Assembly: GCA_047602425.1 (NCBI GenBank)
Contig: JASGHG010000001.1
Location: 3,168,001-3,232,000, forward strand
Reading direction: 5' to 3'
From: Nibricoccus sp.
GTDB lineage: Bacteria; Verrucomicrobiota; Verrucomicrobiia; Opitutales; Opitutaceae
DNA length: 64,000 nt
The translations under genes were made by a program, and so were the position numbers. How positions within the stretch are numbered: position 1 is the first letter of the stretch; the number at the start of each line of letters is the position of its first letter. Shown one piece after another: positions 56,539-64,000 of this stretch. Below the pieces are notes generated by a model. The model saw only the letters and a program-made list of their open reading frames with translations. It was not told where the DNA came from and made no database searches.

Positions 56539-56618
56539 GGGGCGATTGTGAGAAGGGATGCAGGAGCCTTGCCAACTTCAACGGGCGCGACTGGTGGCGG
56601 AAATATTCCACAAGGTGT

Positions 56619-56638
56619 TTCCTACAATTTTGTCGGAA
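56619..56638. promoter_or_regulatory. Near-perfect 20-bp palindrome TTCCTACAATTTTGTCGGAA, candidate activator site between the divergent draG and nifH promoters
   Basis: One arm mismatch; about 115-135 bp upstream of the nifH -24 element. Confidence 0.55.
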
Positions 56639-56752
56639 TGTTGGGGTTTGCCGACGGGTACGTAGTGTTTTTCGACAGAAAAACGGGCGCAGCTTTTGCG
56701 AAGAGATTTTCTAAGCGGCCCGAGTTAGTGACTTGCGTATTGGCACGCGGAA

Positions 56753-56769
56753 TTGGCATCTCGGCCGCT
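56753..56769 (+). promoter_or_regulatory. sigma54 -24/-12 promoter of nifH
   Basis: TTGGCATCTCGGCCGCT = GG-N10-GC, 45 bp before the nifH ATG. Confidence 0.6.
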
Positions 56770-56771
56770 AA

Positions 56772-57638
<867 letters not shown>

Positions 57639-57650
57639 AACCATCATCAA

Positions 57651-57712
57651 GGTAGGGCGCGACCGCCGGGCGCGCCGTGGTTTAACGGACGGCCCGGCGG
57701 TCCGTCCCTACC
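57651..57712. repeat. GTAG-type REP-like doublet / long hairpin between nifH and nifD
   Basis: GGTAGGGCGCGACCGCCGGGCGCGCCG ... CGGACGGCCCGGCGGTCCGTCCCTACC. Confidence 0.72.
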
Positions 57713-57737
57713 AATCGAAACAGTCATATTTACAACC

Positions 57738-59507
57738 ATGTCTGATATCACCACCACGCCCTCCGAGGGCTACGATAGCGAAGGTTTTCCCATACCGACC
57801 GCCACGCTGCCGGACAGCGAGACGGTTCGTGCGGAGATGCTGAAGATCTATCCGGCGAAAACGCGGAAGAAACGCGAAAAGCAGCTCCTTCCCAACAACC
57901 CGGAGACACCGCCGGAAATCGGTGCCAACACCAGAACCATTCCAGGCATCATAACCCAGCGTGGCTGTACCTACGCCGGCTGCCGTGGCGTCGTCATCGG
58001 GCCGATCCACGATATCCTGCACATCACGCACGGTCCGGTCGGCTGCTCCTACTATTCTTGGGCCACGCGTCGCAACCTGGCGCGCGTGAAACCCGGCCAG
58101 CCGGTCAACTATCTCCAGTACAGCATGACGACCGACATGCAGGAGGATGACATCGTGTTTGGCGGTGAGAAGAAGTTAGCCGCCGCCATTCGCGAAGCCT
58201 ACCGGATGTTCAAGCCGAAGGCCATCGCAGTGTATTCGACCTGCCCGGTGGGCCTGATCGGTGACGACGTTCACTCGGTCTGCCGCCAGGCAAAGGAAGA
58301 ACTCGGAATCAATGTGTTCGGTTTCTCCTGCGAAGGTTACAAGGGTGTCTCGCAGTCAGCTGGCCACCATATCGCCAATAACGGCGTGTTCAAACACATG
58401 GTCGGCCTCCTCGACGAGCCCGACAAGGGCAAGTTCCGTATCAACGTCCTCGGTGAATACAACATCGGTGGCGACGCGTGGGAAATCGACACGCTCCTTC
58501 AGAAATGTGGTATCCACGTCACCGCTACACTCTCCGGCGACATCAGCTACGAGCAGATCTGCAAGTGCCACACCTCCGATCTCAACGTCGTGCTGTGCCA
58601 CCGTTCGATCAACTACATGGCCGAGATGATGGAAACCAAGTTCGGCATTCCGTGGATCAAGGTGAACTTCACCGGCGCCGAGCAGACTTCGAAGTCGCTC
58701 CGCAAGATCGGAAAGTACTTCGACGACAAGCAGCTCACTGACCGCATCGAGGAAGTCATCGCCCAGGAAATGGCCGCGCTCAAGCCGGTCATCGAAGACG
58801 TGAAGTCCCGACTCCAGGGCAAGACTGCCGCGATGTTCGTCGGCGGCTCCCGCGCCCACCACTACCAGCATCTCTTCAAGGATGTTGGCATGTTGACGGT
58901 GTCGGCTGGTTATGAATTCGCCCACCGCGACGACTACGAGGGCCGCAAGGTTCTGCCCTCGATCAAAATCGACGCCGACTCTCGCAACATCGAGGAGATC
59001 GAGGTCGAGGCCGATCCGAAGCGGTACAACCCCCGCAAGACACCCGAACAGGTCGAGGCGCTCAAGGCCGGCGGATTTAGCTTCAAGGACTACGACGGCA
59101 TGATGGTGGAGATGAAAAAATCCACCCTCGTGATCGACGATATTTCGCACCACGAAATGGAAAAGCTCATCGAACTCTACAAGCCCGACATCATCTGCTC
59201 GGGCATCAAGGACAAGTTCGTCATCGAGAAATTCGGTGTGCCCTGCAAGCAGCTTCACTCCTACGACTACGGTGGTCCTTACACGGCCTACGTCGGTGCG
59301 GCGAACTTCTTCAAGGAGATCGACCGCATGATCAACACGAAGGTTTGGAAGCTTCTCACGCCTTCGTGGAAGAAACCCGCCGACACGGAAACCGCCGTAG
59401 GCAAGGGCATCGACAGTCCGAAGAATCAGGCGCTCCGCGAGGTGGTCAAAGGCATGGCCAAGGCCTGGAAACCCAAGACCAAGGCGGCCGACGTCGCCGA
59501 GGGCTGA
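57738..59507 (+). CDS. nifD: Nitrogenase MoFe protein alpha chain (Group II type), 589 aa
   Basis: P-cluster Cys in RGCTYAG, PVGCSYY and STCPVG; FeMo-co ligands LCHRS and QLHSYDY; Group II-type insertion (KIDADSRNIEE...). Confidence 0.96.
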   Translation: MSDITTTPSEGYDSEGFPIPTATLPDSETVRAEMLKIYPAKTRKKREKQLLPNNPETPPEIGANTRTIPGIITQRGCTYAGCRGVVIGPIHDILHITHGPVGCSYYSWATRRNLARVKPGQPVNYLQYSMTTDMQEDDIVFGGEKKLAAAIREAYRMFKPKAIAVYSTCPVGLIGDDVHSVCRQAKEELGINVFGFSCEGYKGVSQSAGHHIANNGVFKHMVGLLDEPDKGKFRINVLGEYNIGGDAWEIDTLLQKCGIHVTATLSGDISYEQICKCHTSDLNVVLCHRSINYMAEMMETKFGIPWIKVNFTGAEQTSKSLRKIGKYFDDKQLTDRIEEVIAQEMAALKPVIEDVKSRLQGKTAAMFVGGSRAHHYQHLFKDVGMLTVSAGYEFAHRDDYEGRKVLPSIKIDADSRNIEEIEVEADPKRYNPRKTPEQVEALKAGGFSFKDYDGMMVEMKKSTLVIDDISHHEMEKLIELYKPDIICSGIKDKFVIEKFGVPCKQLHSYDYGGPYTAYVGAANFFKEIDRMINTKVWKLLTPSWKKPADTETAVGKGIDSPKNQALREVVKGMAKAWKPKTKAADVAEG

Positions 59508-59514
59508 AACGATC

Positions 59515-59549
59515 AATCTGAAATCTCTAATCTTAAATTTGAAATTCCT
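59515..59549. repeat. Heptamer array filling most of the nifD-nifK spacer
   Basis: AATCTGA AATCTCT AATCTTA AATTTGA AATTCCT then ATG. Confidence 0.75.
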
Positions 59550-60923
59550 ATGCTAGATGGAACAACAGCAGAACTCGTCGAACGCAAAGCGCTCCGGATC
59601 AACGCAGCGAAAACCTGCCAGCCCATCGGTGCGATGTACGCAGCGCTCGGCATTCACGGTTGCATGCCGCACAGCCATGGTTCCCAGGGTTGTTGCTCAT
59701 ACCACCGCAGCCATCTCACCCGGCACTTCAAGGAGCCGGTGATGGCCACCACCAGCTCGTTCACCGAGGGCTCATCGGTCTTCGGCGGGCTGGCCAACCT
59801 CACGCAGGCGTTCAAAAACATTTTCTCGATCTACAACCCCGAGGTCGTGGCGGTACACACCACCTGTCTCTCCGAGGTCATCGGCGACGACATCCCCACG
59901 ATCATCAAAAAATCGCGCGAGGATGGTTCGATTCCCGCGGACAAAGTTGTCATCCACGCCAACACGCCCTCGTTCGTCGGTTCCCATGTCTATGGGTTCT
60001 CGAACATGGTTATGGGCATGGTGAACTACCTCTCCGAGAAATCGGGCACCACGCTCAACCAGGTCAACATCATTCCCGGCTATGTCGAACCAGCTGACAT
60101 GCGCGAAATCAAGCGCATCGCCAAGGAGATGGCCGCGAGCATTGTCATGTTCCCTGACACGTCGAACGTCCTCGACGGTCCGCTCACCGGCCAGTACAAG
60201 ATGTACCCGGAGGGCGGCGCCACCGTCGCTCAGATCAAGTCTGCCGGTGACAGCATCGCGACCCTCGCGCTTGGGCACTTCGCTTCGCACGTCCCGGCGG
60301 CCACGCTGGAAACCAAGTGCAACGTCCCGGCCGCCTTCATGGAACTGCCGATCGGTGTTGGCGCAACGGACAAGTTCGTCGCGGCTCTCGCTAGCTACGC
60401 CGGTGTCGAGGTTCCCGCCTCGATCGAACTCGAACGTGGCCGTCTCATCGACCTGATGAGCGATCTGCACCAGTACTTCCACGGTAAGCGTGTTGCCATC
60501 TCCGGTGATCCCGATCAGGTCATTGCGCTCACCCAGTTCTGCCTGGAGCTCGAGATGAAGCCCGTGTACTGCATCACCGGTTCGCCGGGTAACCAGTTCG
60601 AAAAGCGCATGCACGAGCTGCTCGACGGTCCGGTTCCGAACGCGAAGATCAAACAGAACGGCGACAACTTCGAGCTTCACCAGTGGATGAAAAACGAGCC
60701 GGTCGACCTGCTGATTGGAAACACCTACGGCAAGTACATTGCCCGCGTGGAAAATGTACCGTTCGTCCGGTTCGGCTTCCCTATCCTCGACCGTGCCGCC
60801 CATCGTTTCTACCCGACGGTCGGCTACATGGGGGCGGTCAACGTGGTCAATCAGATGCTCAACGCAATCCTCGATAAGAAGGACCGCGAGTGTGCAGAGG
60901 AATGGTTCGAACTCGTTCAGTAA
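59550..60923 (+). CDS. nifK: Nitrogenase MoFe protein beta chain (short Group II type), 457 aa
   Basis: AKTCQPIGA, HGSQGCC, TTCLSE, TPSF, GFPILDR. Confidence 0.96.
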   Translation: MLDGTTAELVERKALRINAAKTCQPIGAMYAALGIHGCMPHSHGSQGCCSYHRSHLTRHFKEPVMATTSSFTEGSSVFGGLANLTQAFKNIFSIYNPEVVAVHTTCLSEVIGDDIPTIIKKSREDGSIPADKVVIHANTPSFVGSHVYGFSNMVMGMVNYLSEKSGTTLNQVNIIPGYVEPADMREIKRIAKEMAASIVMFPDTSNVLDGPLTGQYKMYPEGGATVAQIKSAGDSIATLALGHFASHVPAATLETKCNVPAAFMELPIGVGATDKFVAALASYAGVEVPASIELERGRLIDLMSDLHQYFHGKRVAISGDPDQVIALTQFCLELEMKPVYCITGSPGNQFEKRMHELLDGPVPNAKIKQNGDNFELHQWMKNEPVDLLIGNTYGKYIARVENVPFVRFGFPILDRAAHRFYPTVGYMGAVNVVNQMLNAILDKKDRECAEEWFELVQ

Positions 60924-60953
60924 TTGCTTGGGTCATTGCAGGAACATACAGCC

Positions 60954-61565
60954 ATGGACAAAGAGGTCATAGCTTGTCCACCAACGCCCGCCGGTCTGAA
61001 AATCAGGCCGGCGGTGCAGGAGGACGCAGGAATCATCACCACTCTCGTGCGCGAACTCGCCGCTTTCGAGCATCTCGATCACGAATGCGAAATTACGACG
61101 GCCGCAGTGTGTGCGCACTTGCTCGGGCTTGGACGCTCAGCAGAGGCCGTCATGGCCGAACTCGACGGCGTCGTCGCGGGATTCGCGGTTTACTACCGCA
61201 CGTTTTCCACGTTCGCGGCGCGGCCAGGGGTGTTTCTTGAGGATCTGTTCATTCGTCCGGCCTTCCGCCATCGAGGGCTCGGACGCGCGTTGCTTCAGTA
61301 CGTTGGTTCGATTGCGGCGCGCAATGGCGCCTGCCGCTTCGAGTGGACCACGCTCAAGTGGAACGAGAGCGCCCGCAAGCTCTACAAGAGCATCGGCGCA
61401 GAGGAGAAAAGCGAGTGGCTCCTGCTGCGCATGAATGCGGAAGCTCTTTCGAAATTTATCTGTGATGGCACCGGTGATGTTAAGGAAAACTGCCGCTGCG
61501 GTGGCAAAGGAGTTCATCACGCCAAACCGGCTGATACCGACACGCACTGCGGCTGCAACCACTGA
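60954..61565 (+). CDS. GNAT N-acetyltransferase (SSAT-like) with Cys/His-rich tail, about 203 aa
   Basis: RELAAFE, FSTF, FLEDLFIRPAFRHRGLGRALL, WNESARKLY. Confidence 0.85.
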   Translation: MDKEVIACPPTPAGLKIRPAVQEDAGIITTLVRELAAFEHLDHECEITTAAVCAHLLGLGRSAEAVMAELDGVVAGFAVYYRTFSTFAARPGVFLEDLFIRPAFRHRGLGRALLQYVGSIAARNGACRFEWTTLKWNESARKLYKSIGAEEKSEWLLLRMNAEALSKFICDGTGDVKENCRCGGKGVHHAKPADTDTHCGCNH

Positions 61566-61576
61566 CCCTTTCAACC

Positions 61577-62971
61577 ATGTCCACGCCCATCGAAGTCCTT
61601 CCCGCACGAGCCGCCTCGATCGCTGTTGCAGGTCAGGCGGGTGGGGCGGTGGTATGTGACAAACACTCCTTGGCGGGATCGGTGACGCAGCGAGCCTGCG
61701 TATTTTGTGGATCGCGTGTGGTTCTTTATCCGATTGCTGACGCACTCCATGTGGTGCACGGCCCGATCGGTTGCGCCGCCTACACCTGGGACATCCGTGG
61801 CGCGCAGTCCTCGGGGCCGCAGCTGCACCGCAACAGTTTTTCCACCGACATGCAGGAGATGGATGTTATCTACGGTGGCGAGAAAAAGCTCGAACGTGCA
61901 TTGATGGAGCTGATCGACAAACACCAGCCTAAGGCGGCGTTCGTCTATTCGACGTGCATCGTCGGTGTGATCGGCGATGACGTGTCGGCGGTCTGCAAAC
62001 GCGTTGAGGCCGCGAAGAAAATTCCAGTGCTCTCCGTTGCCAGCGAAGGCTTCAAAGGCACGAAGAAGGACGGTTACCGCGCGGCCTGCGAGGCAGTCTA
62101 CACTTTGATCGGCACGGGTGACACGAAGGAGATCGGCCCGCTGAGCATCAACCTACTCGGCGACTTCAACATCGCGGGCGAGACCTGGGTGATCCGCGAA
62201 TACTTCGAGCGCATGGGCGTGCAGGTGGTGGCGACGATCACGGGTGACGGACGCGTGGACGACATCCGGCGCTGTCACGGCGCGAAGTTGAATTTGGTGC
62301 AGTGCGCGGGATCGATGACGCACCTTGCGAAGAAGATGAAAGAGGAGCACGGCATCCCGTTCATCAAGGTTTCGTTCTTCGGTCTCGAGGACATGTCGGC
62401 TGCGCTCTACGACGTGGCGAAATTTTTCCAGAGCGAAGAACTGATGGAAAAGGCCAAGGCCGTCGTGCGCGACGAGGTTGGTAGATTTTATCCGCAGCTC
62501 CGCGTCTACAAGGAAAAGCTGATCGGAAAGAAGGCCGCAATCTACGTGGGCGGTGCTTTTAAGGCCTTTTCACTAGTTCGGGCTTTACGCACGCTCGGCA
62601 TGACGACTGCAATCGTTGGCACGCAGACGGGCGACAAGGACGATTACGAACAGCTGCGCGAAATGTGCGATCCCGGCACCGTGATCGTGGATGATTCAAA
62701 TCCGCTCGAACTGGCGAAGTTCTGCCTCGAGAAGGACGTTGATCTTTTCATTGGCGGCGTGAAGGAGCGCCCGATCGCCTACAAGCTTGGCATCGGATTT
62801 TGCGATCACAACCACGAGCGCAAAGAAGCGCTGGCTGGGTTCGTGGGCATGTACAATTTTGCGAAGGAAGTTTACGCGAGCTGCTGCTCGCCGGTTTGGA
62901 AATACGTGCCGCGGAGAACCAGAGGCCAGAAGCCAGAAGTCGGAAGCCAGAGTGTGGAGGTGCTGTCATGA
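61577..62971 (+). CDS. nifE: FeMo-cofactor scaffold subunit NifE, 464 aa
   Basis: QRACVFCGS, HGPIGCAAYTWD, STCIVGVIGDD, VQCAGS, DHNHER. Confidence 0.94.
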   Translation: MSTPIEVLPARAASIAVAGQAGGAVVCDKHSLAGSVTQRACVFCGSRVVLYPIADALHVVHGPIGCAAYTWDIRGAQSSGPQLHRNSFSTDMQEMDVIYGGEKKLERALMELIDKHQPKAAFVYSTCIVGVIGDDVSAVCKRVEAAKKIPVLSVASEGFKGTKKDGYRAACEAVYTLIGTGDTKEIGPLSINLLGDFNIAGETWVIREYFERMGVQVVATITGDGRVDDIRRCHGAKLNLVQCAGSMTHLAKKMKEEHGIPFIKVSFFGLEDMSAALYDVAKFFQSEELMEKAKAVVRDEVGRFYPQLRVYKEKLIGKKAAIYVGGAFKAFSLVRALRTLGMTTAIVGTQTGDKDDYEQLREMCDPGTVIVDDSNPLELAKFCLEKDVDLFIGGVKERPIAYKLGIGFCDHNHERKEALAGFVGMYNFAKEVYASCCSPVWKYVPRRTRGQKPEVGSQSVEVLS

Positions 62972-64000
62972 GCTGTTCATCCTGCAAACCTACGGTTGGA
63001 CCTGAAATCGAGGGCAAAGAAGAATTTCCCGGACCGACCACCAATGCCTGCAAGCTCTGCACGCCGCTCGGCGCGTGTCTCGCCTACAAGGGCATCGCCG
63101 GCACCGTTCCGTTTCTCCACGGCTCGCAGGGCTGTGCGACGTACATTCGCCGCTATCTGATCAGCCACTTTCGCGAGCCGATGGATATCGCGGCTTCGAA
63201 TTTCGCCGAGCACTCGGCGGTTTTTGGCGGTCGTGATGTGTTGCACACCGGCCTGACCAACGTCACTCGCCAGTACAAGCCGGCGTTGATCGGCGTGGCG
63301 ACAACCTGCCTGAGTGAGACGATCGGCGAAAACATGCCGCAGCTTTTGCACGAGTACCGGCAGAAGCCGACCACGGCGGAAGAGACAAAACTGGTCCACG
63401 TTTCCACGCCGAGTTTCAAGGGCACGCACGTGGACGGGTTCCACAAGGCGGTTTGCTCGATCGTCGAAACACTCGCGACCGCGCCCAGCGAAACGAAAAA
63501 CGGCCCGGTGGCCCTGATGCCTGGGTTCGTCTCGGCCGAGGATCTGCGGCACCTGAAGGAGATTTTCAGCGCGTACGGAGTCCCGGTCACGCTCGTCCCA
63601 GACTACTCCGAGACGATGGATGGTGGTTCGTGGGCGGCGTATGAGCGCATTCCCTCTGGCGGCACCACGGTCGATCAGGTCAAGGTGCTTGGTTCGGCCA
63701 GGGCCGCTATTGAGTGCGGCCGCGTGCTGGCCGGGGAGGAGCGCTCCGCTGGAACACATCTGTTGAAAAAATTTTCGGTCCCTCTGCACAGACTCGGTCT
63801 GCCGATCGGCCTGCGTGAAACCGACCGGCTGTGCGAAATCGTGGGGCACCTCGCCAGCCGGGATATTCCGCGCGAGCTCGACTTGGCCCGCGGCCGCCTG
63901 ATCGACGCGATGGTCGACGGGCACAAGTACGTCTTCGGCCAGCGCGCCGTGGTGTACGGCGAAGAGGATCTCGTGATCGGGCTTGCCTCGTTCCTGACCG
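62968..64000 (+). CDS. nifN: FeMo-cofactor scaffold subunit NifN (possibly a NifN-B fusion); runs off the window
   Basis: Manual translation from ATG 62968 (ATGA overlap with nifE): ...NACKLCTPLGA...LHGSQGCATYIRRYLISHFREP...TTCLSETIG...STPSF. Confidence 0.9.
   Translation, partial: MSCSSCKPTVGPEIEGKEEFPGPTTNACKLCTPLGACLAYKGIAGTVPFLHGSQGCATYIRRYLISHFREPMDIAASNFAEHSAVFGGRDVLHTGLTNVTRQYKPALIGVATTCLSETIGENMPQLLHEYRQKPTTAEETKLVHVSTPSFKGTHVDGFHKAVCSIVETLATAPSETKNGPVALMPGFVSAEDLRHLKEIFSAYGVPVTLVPDYSETMDGGSWAAYERIPSGGTTVDQVKVLGSARAAIECGRVLAGEERSAGTHLLKKFSVPLHRLGLPIGLRETDRLCEIVGHLASRDIPRELDLARGRLIDAMVDGHKYVFGQRAVVYGEEDLVIGLASFLT

Noticed and set aside
56740..56758. TTGGCACGCGGAATTGGC, a perfect-looking -24 element upstream of nifH
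   Set aside because: No GC at the required 10-nt spacing; the overlapping site at 56753 fits instead
57738..59507. Possibility of an alternative (V or Fe-only) nitrogenase, given the Cys-bearing activator
   Set aside because: No vnfG/anfG between D and K, the His ligand context is LHSYDY, and nifE/nifN follow, all consistent with a Mo enzyme
59373..61545. KPADT peptide shared by the NifD tail and the GNAT tail
   Set aside because: Five residues with different codons; compatible with chance

Overview
GC-rich bacterial DNA. The gene content and style point to Verrucomicrobiota, probably Opitutaceae (inference from ADOP-type permeases, RNase HIII, Opitutus-style TonB and Ig-repeat proteins, and non-SD starts). 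Five blocks: (1) 1-21.9 kb, minus strand: at least six tandem ~800-aa MacB/FtsX 'ADOP'-type permeases, a DUF4097 protein, an unannotated 53-aa membrane peptide, two ABC ATPases, TolC and a HlyD adaptor, followed by a sensor-less histidine kinase and a sigma54 response regulator. Two promoters here share the same sigma54 plus enhancer layout. (2) 22-33 kb housekeeping: methyltransferases, cynS, dnaE, rpsU, TIM-barrel protein, TlpA, mutY, rnhC. (3) 34-49 kb SusD-less pectin locus: TonB receptor, a 1774-aa surface-anchored CE8+PL1 protein, PL1, CE12, two tandem CE8 paralogs and a CE12-CE8 fusion, with a shared palindromic operator. (4) 49-53 kb putative sulfur-starvation operon: yezD, M14-like protein, sbp and a flavoprotein. 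(5) 53-64 kb nif cluster: nifA-like, draT, draG, nifH, nifD, nifK, GNAT, nifE and partial nifN, a Group II Mo-nitrogenase with DraTG and no nifI between nifH and nifD. The most striking unexplained signals are a covarying 21-bp palindrome family (TTGTMA-NN-YA-W-TA-NN-TKACAA) inserted in frame in proteins, near-leaderless sigma54 promoters, and heptamer arrays at gene junctions. No rRNA, tRNA, CRISPR array or transposase was recognised. All calls are from reading motifs by eye; no database search was run.
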